Of a stretch of DNA of 64,000 nt, positions 35,878 to 46,280 are shown piece by piece (the stretch's first letter is position 1; each line of letters opens with the position of its first letter). The stretch covers positions 270,106-334,105 of the forward strand of contig CAVSWO010000002.1 of the NCBI GenBank assembly GCA_963731735.1, given 5' to 3'. Below the pieces are notes generated by a model. That model ran no database searches, had not been told where the DNA came from, and worked only from the letters and a program-made list of their open reading frames with translations. The position numbers and the translations under genes were made by a program. This DNA is from Candidatus Kerfeldbacteria bacterium. Its GTDB lineage: Bacteria; Patescibacteriota; Patescibacteriia; SBBC01; CAIJZX01.

Positions 35878-36843
35878 CTAGGCTTCGATCGTCTTGCGAT
35901 CTTCCATGAAGTTGGTCAGGCGCGATGTCCAGGCGCCGATCCGACTGCCCGGCTTGCCCTCCAACAAGCGACGGTAGATGATTGTCCAACAAGCGAAACT
36001 AAAGGCACTCTCAATTGCGTAGACCAGGGCCAGCGAACCAAGGATGATGAAGAGTTCGGTAAACGATCCTGGCGTTGGGATCAATAGGGTCACAATCCCG
36101 GCCACCACGATGGTGGCAGCCAAATTGATGAAGTAGATGATGATCGCCAGTTCAATACTAACCAGCCAGTTTTGGGTAAACATCCGCCAGGCTTTGCGAA
36201 GACTCTCGATAATGTTCTGGCCACCCAGCACGATAAATGCGGTGGCGTATTTTGTTAAGAAGGAAACGATGATCGTGACCGGTAGGCTGACCAGCAGCGC
36301 TCCGATGGTGAAGGTTGTTAGCCACTGCGGTTGCTTATACAAAAAGTAAGCAATGGCCGGTAAGCCCGCCAAGATAACCCACATCCCCCAAATGAAAAGT
36401 TTCGTAATAATGTTCAGTCCAACAATCCGCCAGAAGGTGTCGCCGCCCACGGACAGCCCATCAAATAATCCGGTCGGTTTGCGTTCATCCGACTTGCCAA
36501 CGATCCGAACCAACGCCCCTTGGGAAATAAAGACCAGCCAAAAAACCGCTACCATCGTCAGCAGAATAGCCGCCAGGAAGCCGAGGGCGTAGAGGAAATT
36601 GCCGGTGAAAAAATTCTTGAGTGCCTCAAGGAATTTATCGGCGCCGCCGGCCTGGACCACCTCTCGAAAAGCCGCTAAGTTGTCTTGGAGCCAGCTTGGA
36701 GAGCTGGTATTCCGAAACAAAATATCGGTTTCCCCGCCATAGGCGAATAAACCGGCAAAAAATCCGAGAAACCAAAGGTATTTTTTCCGCCAAACGATGC
36801 TGAGCGCTTGTTGGAGGACTTGGCGGCGATAGAATGAGGCCAT
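35878..36843 (-). CDS. Multi-pass membrane protein, hypothetical
   Basis: 321 aa with six or more hydrophobic helices; WRKKYLWFLGFFA N-terminus. Confidence 0.8.
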   Translation of the reverse strand: MASFYRRQVLQQALSIVWRKKYLWFLGFFAGLFAYGGETDILFRNTSSPSWLQDNLAAFREVVQAGGADKFLEALKNFFTGNFLYALGFLAAILLTMVAVFWLVFISQGALVRIVGKSDERKPTGLFDGLSVGGDTFWRIVGLNIITKLFIWGMWVILAGLPAIAYFLYKQPQWLTTFTIGALLVSLPVTIIVSFLTKYATAFIVLGGQNIIESLRKAWRMFTQNWLVSIELAIIIYFINLAATIVVAGIVTLLIPTPGSFTELFIILGSLALVYAIESAFSFACWTIIYRRLLEGKPGSRIGAWTSRLTNFMEDRKTIEA

Positions 36844-36919
36844 AAATTTGTGTTTTGCTGCTGACAGTATACAAAAAGAACCCGAGAATGTCTATCTCGG
36901 GCGGCGATCCCAGGTACGG

Positions 36920-38770
36920 CTAAGCCTTGGCTGTCGGTTTCGGGCCCAGCAGCTCTTCGAACGCATCACGTTCGATGGTTTCCTTGCTCAGTAGCTCTTC
37001 AGACAGTTTTTCGAGCTCCGCTTTGTGCTCGTGCAGAGTCTTTTCGGCGATTTGGCGGGCGTGGGTCAATAAACGATCCATTTCCTGATCAATTGACTGA
37101 GCAATTTTTTCCGAGTAATCGCGCTGTTCATGAATCTCCCGGCCCAAGAATACCATTTCCTCTCGTTCACCAAACGTCCGCGGTCCAAGTTTACTCATGC
37201 CATAGCGGGTTACGATTTGGCGGGCCAAACGCGTGGCGTTTTGCAGGTCGCTGGAGGCGCCGGTTGAAACTTCATGGAAAATCATGTCTTCAGCTACTTG
37301 TCCGGCCAGCATAACCGCCATGTCGCTCATGAATTCACTCAGCCGCCGGTAGCTGCGATCCTGGGTTGGGGTTTTCAGGGTAAATCCTCCGGCCCGACCG
37401 CGGGCGATAATCGAAACTTTTTGGACCGGATCTGTATCGGGGAGGAAATGCGCCACGATCGCATGGCCGCCTTCGTGGTAAGCGGTAATCCGTTTTTCCT
37501 CATCCGACATCACCTTGCTCTTGCGTTCCGGTCCCAGCAGAACTTTTTCCATGGCATTCACGCAATCTACGAACGTGACCGCGGTCCGACGATCGCGAGC
37601 GGTAATGATCGCCGCCTCATTCAACATATTTTCCAGGTCCGCCCCGGAGAACCCGGCTGTCCGTTCGGCCAGCTGCCGAATATTGACGCTCTGCTCGAGG
37701 GGTTTCTTAACGGCGTGCACTTTCAGGATTGCCTCACGTTCATTGATGTCCGGCAGGTCGATCGTGACGCGGCGGTCAAACCGTCCCGGCCGCAACAGCG
37801 CTGGATCAAGCGTATCGGGGCGGTTGGTGGCGGCAATCACAATCACATGCGTGTCCGTGTCAAAGCCGTCCATTTCAACCAATATCTGGTTAAGGGTCTG
37901 TTCGCGTTCATCGTGGCCCCCGCCAAGTCCGGCACCGCGTTGACGACCGACCGCGTCGATTTCATCGATAAAGACAATGCTGGGCGCGGTTTTCTTGGCA
38001 CGACGGAAGAGGTCGCGCACGCGCGAAGCTCCGACGCCGACGAACATTTCCACGAATTCCGAACCAGAAATATTATAAAAAGGTACATCCGCTTCTCCGG
38101 CCACCGCTTTAGCCAGTAATGTTTTTCCGGTTCCAGGCGGCCCAACCAGTAAAGCGCCCTTGGGAATTCGCGCGCCTAAATCAGTGAAACGTTTCGGGGC
38201 CTTCAAAAATTCCACAATTTCTTGCAGCTCTTCTTTCGCCTCATGCGCGCCAGCCACGTTTTTAAAGGTAACGCGTTTTTTCTTGCTCGGCGTATCCGCT
38301 TCGCGTTGTGAGACTTGTCCAAAACTCATAGCCCGGCTGTTCTGTCCCTGAACTTGGCGGAAGGTCAGCCAAATAAATCCGCCGATAATTAAAATCGGCA
38401 GTAAAATCGGCAGCACCGTATTGAACAGAAACACCGAGCCTGAATTGTCTTTGACCGATCCAGTGACCGCGATCAGCGCTTCCGGCGAAACACCGAGATT
38501 GGTGGCGGCGGTTGTCCAATCAACCGTCGGTTCTTTGCGAGACTCTTGCTTGGTTCCATCTTTGAGCGTCACATTCAATTGGTCGCCGTTAATATCAACG
38601 ACTTTGACTTTCTCGTCCTGAATTTCCTGAACGACTTGTCCGAGCGTCACCACGTCCGGTTTTGATCCGGACAAACTGACCGTGCTCAAAACAAAGCTTA
38701 AGACCACCAGGGAGACCAGGAAGATAATAATATTCTTAAACAGGGGGTTCGTGCGCGGTGATCGAGGCAT
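36920..38770 (-). CDS. ftsH: ATP-dependent zinc metalloprotease FtsH
   Basis: Two TM helices, [21 protein letters not shown]. Confidence 0.98.
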   Translation of the reverse strand: MPRSPRTNPLFKNIIIFLVSLVVLSFVLSTVSLSGSKPDVVTLGQVVQEIQDEKVKVVDINGDQLNVTLKDGTKQESRKEPTVDWTTAATNLGVSPEALIAVTGSVKDNSGSVFLFNTVLPILLPILIIGGFIWLTFRQVQGQNSRAMSFGQVSQREADTPSKKKRVTFKNVAGAHEAKEELQEIVEFLKAPKRFTDLGARIPKGALLVGPPGTGKTLLAKAVAGEADVPFYNISGSEFVEMFVGVGASRVRDLFRRAKKTAPSIVFIDEIDAVGRQRGAGLGGGHDEREQTLNQILVEMDGFDTDTHVIVIAATNRPDTLDPALLRPGRFDRRVTIDLPDINEREAILKVHAVKKPLEQSVNIRQLAERTAGFSGADLENMLNEAAIITARDRRTAVTFVDCVNAMEKVLLGPERKSKVMSDEEKRITAYHEGGHAIVAHFLPDTDPVQKVSIIARGRAGGFTLKTPTQDRSYRRLSEFMSDMAVMLAGQVAEDMIFHEVSTGASSDLQNATRLARQIVTRYGMSKLGPRTFGEREEMVFLGREIHEQRDYSEKIAQSIDQEMDRLLTHARQIAEKTLHEHKAELEKLSEELLSKETIERDAFEELLGPKPTAKA

Positions 38771-38866
38771 AGAGAACAGGCGGAGTATAGCGATGAATGG
38801 CCCTTTTGACAAGCCCCGGCGGACCAGTCTACACTATCGGCAACCCATTTCGAAAGGAGGATCGAA

Positions 38867-39553
38867 TTGGACTTTACGCACCTCCCAATTCTGAACTCAG
38901 CCGAGGAAATATCTTCGGTCCTGGGGCTGTGCCTGGACGCGGTGCTCCGAGCCAGAGTTGATCTCCAATTTGAGGATCGGCAGGATACCGCCGAAAATTT
39001 CGCCAATCTGGTTTTGGCGGATGCCCTGGCCACCGGTTTCCATTCGGCCGGTTCGCACCAGAGTGTGGCGCTCGATCCGTCGCGTGAGCGGGATGCTTTG
39101 CTGCATTTCGAACCTCCGCTTGCCCGTTTTCGAACGGGTATCCGGATTGGCACGCGCTGTCTCTTCGTACTGAGTCAGCAGGATCGGCCACCGGCTGGAA
39201 CCTCGGGCCAGTTGTTGGCGCTGGGTAGCAGCGCCTTTCGAGCCGCGGCGGCGAATGTGCCAACCGCGGAAGAAACCTTGGTGCAAACCTACAACCGGCT
39301 CTGCCGATTGTTTCCTGCGTACGTCAGGGTGACAGCGCACGCTGGAATGAATCTCGGATTTCACGACCTGCCGAAACGACTCCTCCAGCCCACTGAACCG
39401 GTGGGCACTATCGACGACTTTCTGGAGGCACTGGCAGCCTATACGCGATCGCTGGACCATCCAGACTGGACCAGACTGCAACAGATAGTTGTCCAGCGCC
39501 GATCCATCGATCCGCACTTCCATTTCGAACTCCCGCCGGAACCTACCCACTAG
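38867..39553 (+). CDS. Hypothetical protein
   Basis: AAGGAGG RBS before TTG, TTGACA-17-TACACT promoter upstream, short hairpin plus T tract downstream. Confidence 0.6.
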   Translation: MDFTHLPILNSAEEISSVLGLCLDAVLRARVDLQFEDRQDTAENFANLVLADALATGFHSAGSHQSVALDPSRERDALLHFEPPLARFRTGIRIGTRCLFVLSQQDRPPAGTSGQLLALGSSAFRAAAANVPTAEETLVQTYNRLCRLFPAYVRVTAHAGMNLGFHDLPKRLLQPTEPVGTIDDFLEALAAYTRSLDHPDWTRLQQIVVQRRSIDPHFHFELPPEPTH

Positions 39554-39617
39554 GCCGGCGGTTTTTCTTGCGTCAACCGTTTTCGAGGGGGGATTTGTGC
39601 GTAAAGGTGTGGATTGG

Positions 39618-39645
39618 TATAATCCCCCCTGGGGGGAGTAGGATA
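39618..39645 (+). promoter_or_regulatory. CsoR-type operator next to a -10 element
   Basis: TATAAT followed directly by CCCCCC-T-GGGGGG. Confidence 0.65.
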
Positions 39646-39702
39646 TCCCCAGGAGTTATCCCCGAATACCCCGACCCCCATTTGTGCATAGCTCAAAAAC
39701 GT

Positions 39703-39978
39703 ATGAAAAACCTCCAAGATTCAAGGAAATCGGCCGGTCATCGGTTGGCCATCGTTGAGGGGCATCTGAAGAAAGTCCGGCGGATGGTGGATGAAGGCGG
39801 ATACTGTATCGAAATTATTCACCAATCCCGAGCCATCCAGCAAGCGCTCAAGAAATTTGACGAACATATTCTTCATCAGCATTTGCGAACCTGCGTCCGC
39901 CGTGATATGCAGGATAGCCGAGGCACAAGCTCAGAAAAAACAATTCAAGAATTAATGGAAATATTTGAACGCCTATGA
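39703..39978 (+). CDS. CsoR-family repressor with Cys-His-Cys ligands
   Basis: RLAIVEGHLKKV..YCIEIIHQ..HLRTCV. Confidence 0.88.
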   Translation: MKNLQDSRKSAGHRLAIVEGHLKKVRRMVDEGGYCIEIIHQSRAIQQALKKFDEHILHQHLRTCVRRDMQDSRGTSSEKTIQELMEIFERL

Positions 39979-40970
39979 CGATGCGCATTGCCGGAGTCGA
40001 ACTCGAGGCCTGGGAGCAGGAAAAATTGAAGGACGTGTTTAGCGGTGGCATCTACTCCGATCGCCACTTGGCGGAAGCCGGGGACCTGGGTGATCCGGAA
40101 ATTCTGCTGACTTTCATTAATAGTCCGATTGATGCCAAGGCGTTACAGCATTTTCCTTCACTCAAACATATCGCCACCCTATCGACCGGTTATGATCATA
40201 TTGATTTGGCAGCCTGTCGAGAGCGCGGCATCGTCGTCAGCAACGTCCCGAGCTATGGTGAGAACACGGTGGCCGAGCAGGCTTTCGCCTTACTCTTGGC
40301 GCTCACTCGGAAAATTGTTCCGAGTGTCGAGCGGACGCGAGCCGGCAGCTTTCATTTGGATGAATTGCGCGGCACGGATTTGGCCGGCAAAACATTTGGC
40401 GTCATCGGTAGCGGTCGGATCGGGCAGCATGTTATGAAAATTGCCAAGGGGTTCGGGATGCGGGTCTTGGCCTTTGACATTCATCCCCGACCGGAGTTGG
40501 CTGCGCAACTCGATTTCACCTATCTAGAACTTGATGAACTTTTGCGGCAAAGTCAGGTGGTTAGTCTGCACGCACCGGCCACACCGGAAACCCACCACCT
40601 GATCGACGAGCGCCGCCTACGCTTGATGCCGCCGGAGGCCTACCTGATCAACACCGCCCGCGGAACATTAATCGACACCCAGGCCTTGTTACAAGTTTTG
40701 AATGACGGGCACCTGGCCGGAGTCGGCTTGGATGTCTTGGAAGAAGAGTGCTCGATTCGAGAGGAACGGGAATTATTGTCACCGGTCTTTCAAGCCAAGT
40801 GTGATCTCAAAACACTCCTGGCTGATCATGTCTTGCTGGGTCATCCGCGGGTACTGATCACGCCGCACAATGCCTTTAACACGGTTGAGGCGCTCCAGCG
40901 AATTCTCGAGACAACCATCAAAAATGTCCAAGCCTTCCAAGCCGGCCAACCGCAGAACGTGGTAACCTAG
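39975..40970 (+). CDS. D-isomer-specific 2-hydroxyacid (D-lactate-like) dehydrogenase
   Basis: STGYDHID, VIGSGRIG, INTARG, GLDVLEEE, ITPHNAF. Confidence 0.92.
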   Translation: MTMRIAGVELEAWEQEKLKDVFSGGIYSDRHLAEAGDLGDPEILLTFINSPIDAKALQHFPSLKHIATLSTGYDHIDLAACRERGIVVSNVPSYGENTVAEQAFALLLALTRKIVPSVERTRAGSFHLDELRGTDLAGKTFGVIGSGRIGQHVMKIAKGFGMRVLAFDIHPRPELAAQLDFTYLELDELLRQSQVVSLHAPATPETHHLIDERRLRLMPPEAYLINTARGTLIDTQALLQVLNDGHLAGVGLDVLEEECSIREERELLSPVFQAKCDLKTLLADHVLLGHPRVLITPHNAFNTVEALQRILETTIKNVQAFQAGQPQNVVT

Positions 40971-41013
40971 GCATGGAGGTGGATACGCAAACTATGCTAG
41001 GCTACACTCCAGT

Positions 41014-41223
41014 ATGACAACGCCCGCGCCCCAAAACGAAGCTCCGCTGGAATCCGTGACCGATCCGGTCTGCGGACGAGTACTCGAAGCCGCTCACGCC
41101 GCCCAGGTTTATGAGTTGCGCGATCAGCGATATTATTTTGACTCGGCTGAGTGCCTGCAAAAATTCATTGAAGATCCCGAAAAATATATCGAGGTTCCCG
41201 ATCAGGAACCCGATGAAGATTAA
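41014..41223 (+). CDS. YHS-domain protein
   Basis: DPVCG..YYFDSAECLQKFIEDPEKY. Confidence 0.88.
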   Translation: MTTPAPQNEAPLESVTDPVCGRVLEAAHAAQVYELRDQRYYFDSAECLQKFIEDPEKYIEVPDQEPDED

Positions 41224-41237
41224 TTGATACTCGCCCT

Positions 41238-41987
41238 ATGGAAGAACAACCAAACCTGACCAAGCGTGAGCGCAAAGAATTGCGTCGCCAAGAAAAACTG
41301 GCCCAACGCCAGACCGGTGCCCGACAGCAGACGATGAAGCGCGTCTGGACGTGGGGCGGTACGATTCTCGGGCTCGGCTTGCTAATTTGGGGCATGGTCT
41401 ATCTGGCCCAAAGCAATTCGTCAGGTTCAACCACCGCCACCGGAAAACTCGACCCCGTCACCGCCAGTGATCACCTGCGTGATAACGCCGATGCGCCGGT
41501 CGTGATGGTTGAATATGGAGATTATCAGTGTCCGGCTTGCGGGACCTATGAAAAGGTTGTTGAGCAGCTGTCGAGTGATTTTGGCGATCAGTTAGCGGTC
41601 GTTTTCCGTAACTATCCGCTCAAAACAATTCACGCGAATGCCGAGGCGGCCGCTCGAGCGGCCGAGGCGGCTGATAAACAGGGTGCCTTCTGGGCTTACC
41701 ATGACCTGCTCTATGACCGACAAAATGATTGGTCGCAACTCCCGAACACCAAAAGCACGTTCGAGGGCTATGCCCAGGAACTCGGCCTCGATGTTGAACA
41801 GTTCAAATCGGATCTCGATAGCCAGGCGGTCAAGGATAAAATCGCGTCAGATGTTGCCAGCGGCGATCGGGTCAGTCTCTCGGGGACGCCGACATTCTTC
41901 CTGAATGGCGAGGCGATCAAGAACCCGGGTAGCCTCGAGGAATTCAGCGCCTTGATCAAGGCGAAGCTCCCGGCCACGAATTCATGA
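41238..41987 (+). CDS. Membrane-anchored DsbA-family oxidoreductase
   Basis: EYGDYQCPAC, FRNYPL, GTPTFFLNG. Confidence 0.92.
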   Translation: MEEQPNLTKRERKELRRQEKLAQRQTGARQQTMKRVWTWGGTILGLGLLIWGMVYLAQSNSSGSTTATGKLDPVTASDHLRDNADAPVVMVEYGDYQCPACGTYEKVVEQLSSDFGDQLAVVFRNYPLKTIHANAEAAARAAEAADKQGAFWAYHDLLYDRQNDWSQLPNTKSTFEGYAQELGLDVEQFKSDLDSQAVKDKIASDVASGDRVSLSGTPTFFLNGEAIKNPGSLEEFSALIKAKLPATNS

Positions 41988-42421
41988 GCCGGCTCACCCG
42001 TCTGGCATTACCGTTGCTAGTGCTGGGGGTGATTGGTTTGGCTGACGCAACTTACCTGACGGTCCAACATTACCGGCAGGCGATGGTGCCGTGCTTTGTC
42101 GGCACGGCTTGCGAAACGGTTACCACCAGTTCATATGCCACGCTTGGACCGGTGCCGCTGGCGTTGCTGGGTGCCATCTATTACCTGGTCATTACCCTCG
42201 GCACCGTCGCGACGCTCGAGGCGCGACGCTGGGATTGGTTGCACATGCTTTGGGGACTGACGATCGGGGGTTTTCTGTTTAGCCTCTACTTGCTCTACCT
42301 CCAATCCTTTGTGCTGCACGCCTATTGCATTTACTGCCTCCTTTCGGCCGGCACTTCAATTGGGTTGTTTGGGTACAGCCTTTGGGCGTATACTCACTAT
42401 CGTAAAACATTAGAAATATAA
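41984..42421 (+). CDS. Vitamin K epoxide reductase-family protein
   Basis: Loop cysteines C..CETV, TM helices, CIYC motif. Confidence 0.9.
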   Translation: MSRLTRLALPLLVLGVIGLADATYLTVQHYRQAMVPCFVGTACETVTTSSYATLGPVPLALLGAIYYLVITLGTVATLEARRWDWLHMLWGLTIGGFLFSLYLLYLQSFVLHAYCIYCLLSAGTSIGLFGYSLWAYTHYRKTLEI

Positions 42422-42425
42422 ACCT

Positions 42426-42947
42426 ATGGACATCACTTCCAGTACACCCAACGAATCAATGCGCGCCCCGCACCATTGGCCGATTTTTGGCCTGGTTCGG
42501 CTCGGACTCGGCTGGACATTCTTATGGGCCTTCCTCGATAAAACTTGGGGGTTGGGCTTCGCGACTGAAGCCGGAAAGGCTTGGCTGGACGGCGCTTCAC
42601 CCACCACCGGATTTTTGAAGTTCGCAACCAGCGGGCCGTTGTCCGGATTTTACCAGGCGTTGGCCGGTCAGACGTGGGTGGATTGGCTGTATATGCTGGG
42701 CCTCCTGTTGATTGGCTTGGCCTTACTGTTCGGCATGGGACTACGAATCGCCGGATGGTCGGCCGCCCTGATGATGCTGCTATTTTGGAGCGCCGCCTTA
42801 CCGCCGGAAAATAATCCATTCCTGGACGAACATATCATCTACATATTCCTGCTGATCGGCATTGCCGTCCGACCTGCCACTTTTGCCTGGGCCAGTTGGC
42901 ATCCGGGTTGGATGAAAGTCGTCGGCCGACATCGCTGGCTCGAATAG
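42426..42947 (+). CDS. DoxX/DoxD-family membrane protein
   Basis: RLGLGWTFLWAFLDK, SPTTGFL, NPFLDEHIIY. Confidence 0.85.
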   Translation: MDITSSTPNESMRAPHHWPIFGLVRLGLGWTFLWAFLDKTWGLGFATEAGKAWLDGASPTTGFLKFATSGPLSGFYQALAGQTWVDWLYMLGLLLIGLALLFGMGLRIAGWSAALMMLLFWSAALPPENNPFLDEHIIYIFLLIGIAVRPATFAWASWHPGWMKVVGRHRWLE

Positions 42948-42954
42948 TCGAGTC

Positions 42955-43572
42955 ATGTCCGAGACGGTCACGGTCGACCACCATGCATCCCGTCGGCTGC
43001 TGTTGAGTTTTGGGGCGGCACTCGCGGGAGTTGGTATCCACTACGGTGCGTTGATCATGGCCGACCGGTTCGTTGACCATTATCCCCGAGTGCCGGATGT
43101 GCTGATGGACCGGTTACCACGCGTTGATTTCGGCTGGTGGGGTGAAGCCTATTTCTTTCTGCTGATCATCGCGCTGGCAGCCATCTACTTTGGTAAGCAG
43201 CGGCGCGGGCTGAATCGCGCTTTTCTGACCCTGGCAATTTTTTACACGCTCCGGGCTGGATTCTTACTACTGCTCCCGATTGGTGCCCCGGCGGGTGCCG
43301 CCGCGCTGACTGATCGGCTCAATCTTTGGGGATTCGCCGAGCACGCCTACTTTCCCGGCGGCCATGTCGGTATTCTTTTTTTGCTGGCCTTGCAAATTAC
43401 CGATCGAACCTGGAGAAGAGTGCTATTGATCGGCGCGCTGGTGTTTGGGCTTGGGACTATTCTGGCCAAAACGCATTACACCGGGGACTTGCTCGGCGGA
43501 TGGTTATTGGCTTATGCGATCGTGGCTTGGTCGCGGCTCCATCCAGCACAGCTCGAATCTGACGTCGCTTGA
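42955..43572 (+). CDS. PAP2-like membrane phosphatase or phosphotransferase
   Basis: YFPGGH and HYTGD motifs, several TM helices. Confidence 0.75.
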   Translation: MSETVTVDHHASRRLLLSFGAALAGVGIHYGALIMADRFVDHYPRVPDVLMDRLPRVDFGWWGEAYFFLLIIALAAIYFGKQRRGLNRAFLTLAIFYTLRAGFLLLLPIGAPAGAAALTDRLNLWGFAEHAYFPGGHVGILFLLALQITDRTWRRVLLIGALVFGLGTILAKTHYTGDLLGGWLLAYAIVAWSRLHPAQLESDVA

Positions 43573-43639
43573 GAACGGCCTGCCGGGTTCTCTCGGTGGG
43601 GCTTTTTTAAAAAGCCCCAGCAGAAATGGCTGGGGCGCG

Positions 43640-44239
43640 TTAGGAGAGTTGTTGGAGCAGTCGGTAAACCTGATGTTCATATCGAGCACCGGCCAGCGCT
43701 CGATGTGGCCGCGGTTCCGGCTCCAATCCCAGATACTGGCCGATTTTGGAGAGCGACAAGGTCTGGATTTGACCGCCGAGAAAATTCGCTTTCAGGCGAT
43801 CGCTGGCTACCGACATCAGGCAGTGCCAGTGATAGTCTCCCCGCCAGTCCAGTTCGAACCGGTCGTAGTAGTGATTCAGCCAGTAGAATTCGAACGATAC
43901 GTTGTAGGCCCAGGGTGTACACCCGGTCGTAAAGGCGTTGAATGCCTGCAGCGCGGGGGCGACCTCCATGGCATCGCGCCAAACCGGCCAGGCAAAACCG
44001 TTGTACCGATTGAATGAAAGTTCTTGCTCGGATTTGCCGGCCGGGTTTTCGAGCTTGAGTTTCAATTCGAGCTCGTCCAAGCGGGTGAGCGATCGAGGGT
44101 CTACCTTGATCGCTCCAATCTCACAAATTTCTCCGCCGGTTGTCCAGCTGACACCGGTCGTTTCGACGTCGATGAAGACCATCGGCAATTCCCAAAAACT
44201 GCTGGTACCGATCGATCGTCGGCTACTCATCAGGCCCAT
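43640..44239 (-). CDS. DEDDh 3'-5' exonuclease
   Basis: FIDVETTG, EIGAI, AYNVSFE, HRALAGA (last Asp replaced by Gly). Confidence 0.8.
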   Translation of the reverse strand: MGLMSSRRSIGTSSFWELPMVFIDVETTGVSWTTGGEICEIGAIKVDPRSLTRLDELELKLKLENPAGKSEQELSFNRYNGFAWPVWRDAMEVAPALQAFNAFTTGCTPWAYNVSFEFYWLNHYYDRFELDWRGDYHWHCLMSVASDRLKANFLGGQIQTLSLSKIGQYLGLEPEPRPHRALAGARYEHQVYRLLQQLS

Positions 44240-44319
44240 GGGAACGCTCCCGGGTTGGTGGAAGGTGCAAACAAAAGTGCCCGCACCTTACGGCCAGGCT
44301 CAACGGATGTCAAGCAGTA

Positions 44320-45543
44320 TTATTCGTACCGCAGCGCCTCGATCGGATCTTTGCGGGCCGCCCGAAAAGCCGGTAGTAGACCGAACAAGAGACCGACCCC
44401 GAGTGAAAAGCTGGTGGCGGTGAGAATTGAATTCCAATTGACAATAATTTCCAGGTCGGCTTTTTGTTTGACGATAATGCTGGCGATCAGCACAATCCCC
44501 ACCCCGATCGCGCCGCCAAGCAGGGAGATGATGGCCGACTCGGTCAGAAATTGGAACAAGATGCTGGCCCGGGTGGCACCCAGGGCTTTGCGTAAACCAA
44601 TTTCTTTGGTGCGTTCAGACACCGCCACCAACATGATATTCATGATCCCGATCCCGCCAACGATCAAAGAGATCGAGGCCAGCCCGACGATGGCGGTTGT
44701 GATCAAGCCTAAAATATTGTCGACGACTTTGAGTAAGTCTTCCTGCGTAAAGACCGTGAAATCTTCGACGCCGTGTTGCTGCTTCAGCAAGCCGGTTACC
44801 CTGTTTACAAAATCCTTGGTATTCACGTCCGGGTCGATTTTCATCACGATCCGGAAAATTTGGGCGTTGTCGTTGCTGGCTTTACCGGTCAGGTAGGGCA
44901 GCAGCGCCATCGAATTAAATTGGTCGCTACCGAAGGGACTGTTCGATTGTGCGTCTTCGACCACGCCAATCACCGAAAATTCATTTTTTCCGATGGTCAT
45001 GGTTTTACCGATGACCGCCGCGGCCGCCTGCCCGGGGAATAATTGGGCAGCTACTTTTTTGCCGAGTACAATGACGTTGTCATGGTTCGTGTTTTCCTCA
45101 GCCGTAAACACACGGCCGGCCGCGATTTTGACGGTCGTCAGGATAGAAAAATAATCAGGTTCCACTCCGACCAGCAACGCGCCATTGGCAATATTGTTGC
45201 CGGCGGCCGCTAACCCCGCTAAGAGCGAAACTGGCGTAATGGTTTGCACTTCCGGTTGTTGCTTGAGTAAACTGAGGTCGTCTTCCGTCAGCGTCGAGGC
45301 TCCGACCGAGGCGCTTGGGTTAAACCCGCCATTGCCGTCTTGAAGCTGCCCCGGCAACACGAAAAGCACATTAGTTCCAAGTTGTGTGACTTGATCAGAG
45401 ACGGACTTTTTAACGCCCTGGCCGAGGCCGATCAGGGCGATGATTTGCGCCACGCCAATAATCACCCCTAGCATGGTCAAAATCGATCGTGTTTTTTTCG
45501 ACCAAATCGATCGCAGGGCGTTGGTAAAGGCGTGACCAATCAT
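44320..45543 (-). CDS. ABC transporter permease (MacB/FtsX family)
   Basis: RSILTMLGVIIG, GGIGIMNIMLVAVSERTKEIGLRKALGA, DPIEALRYE. Confidence 0.93.
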   Translation of the reverse strand: MIGHAFTNALRSIWSKKTRSILTMLGVIIGVAQIIALIGLGQGVKKSVSDQVTQLGTNVLFVLPGQLQDGNGGFNPSASVGASTLTEDDLSLLKQQPEVQTITPVSLLAGLAAAGNNIANGALLVGVEPDYFSILTTVKIAAGRVFTAEENTNHDNVIVLGKKVAAQLFPGQAAAAVIGKTMTIGKNEFSVIGVVEDAQSNSPFGSDQFNSMALLPYLTGKASNDNAQIFRIVMKIDPDVNTKDFVNRVTGLLKQQHGVEDFTVFTQEDLLKVVDNILGLITTAIVGLASISLIVGGIGIMNIMLVAVSERTKEIGLRKALGATRASILFQFLTESAIISLLGGAIGVGIVLIASIIVKQKADLEIIVNWNSILTATSFSLGVGLLFGLLPAFRAARKDPIEALRYE

Positions 45544-46223
45544 AGCAGTTTTCCGTCTTTCACATGGATGGTCCGGTGCGCCAAGCGCGCCAGCTCTTGA
45601 TTGTGGGTGACCATGACTAACGTTTTTCCCTGCTTGTTCAAATCAGTCAAAATTTGCAAAACCTCATCGCCAGACTTTGAATCAAGATTTCCGGTCGGTT
45701 CGTCAGCCAGGATGACTTTCGGGTCATTCATCAGGGCCCGAGCGATCGCCACCCGTTGACGTTCGCCGCCGGAAAGTTTCGGGACTTGGTGGTGCAGCCG
45801 GTGTTCAAGATGGACTAACTTCAGAAGTTCTTCGGCCCGCTGCTTGGCTTTGGTTTGGTGACGGAGATACGAGGCTGGGAGTGCCACGTTAGCCATCACG
45901 TCCAGATTCGGCAGCAAATTAAAATTCTGAAAAATAAATCCGATAAACTCGCTGCGTAAACGTGCCTGGGTTCGATCGGACATGTTCAACGAGACGGCTT
46001 GCCCATCGAGGGTATAAGTTCCGGTCGTCGGGCGATCAAGCAAACCAACAATATTCATCAGGGTTGATTTACCGCTTCCCGACGGACCCATAACGGCTAC
46101 AAATTCACCCGGCGCTACCGACAAACTGACATCGTCCAAGGCTCGGACGGTGGTTTCACCGAGCTGGAAAGTTTTGCTGACGTGCTGGAGATCAAGCAGA
46201 GACACAGGTTGCGAGTATAGCAA
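45540..46223 (-). CDS. ABC transporter ATP-binding protein (LolD/MacB type)
   Basis: GPSGSGKST, LSGGERQR, LADEPTGNLD; start may be GTG 46205. Confidence 0.95.
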   Translation of the reverse strand: MLYSQPVSLLDLQHVSKTFQLGETTVRALDDVSLSVAPGEFVAVMGPSGSGKSTLMNIVGLLDRPTTGTYTLDGQAVSLNMSDRTQARLRSEFIGFIFQNFNLLPNLDVMANVALPASYLRHQTKAKQRAEELLKLVHLEHRLHHQVPKLSGGERQRVAIARALMNDPKVILADEPTGNLDSKSGDEVLQILTDLNKQGKTLVMVTHNQELARLAHRTIHVKDGKLL

Positions 46224-46280
46224 AGACGGCCGCGCCCCGCCAGAGGCGGGGCGCGGCTGACCAGCAGATTCGTAAGGTCT

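Noticed and set aside
37274-38119. Long antisense ORFs over ftsH, and similar ones over infB, gyrA, rny and the ABC permease
   Set aside because: They are shadow frames of well-conserved genes and show no recognisable motifs.
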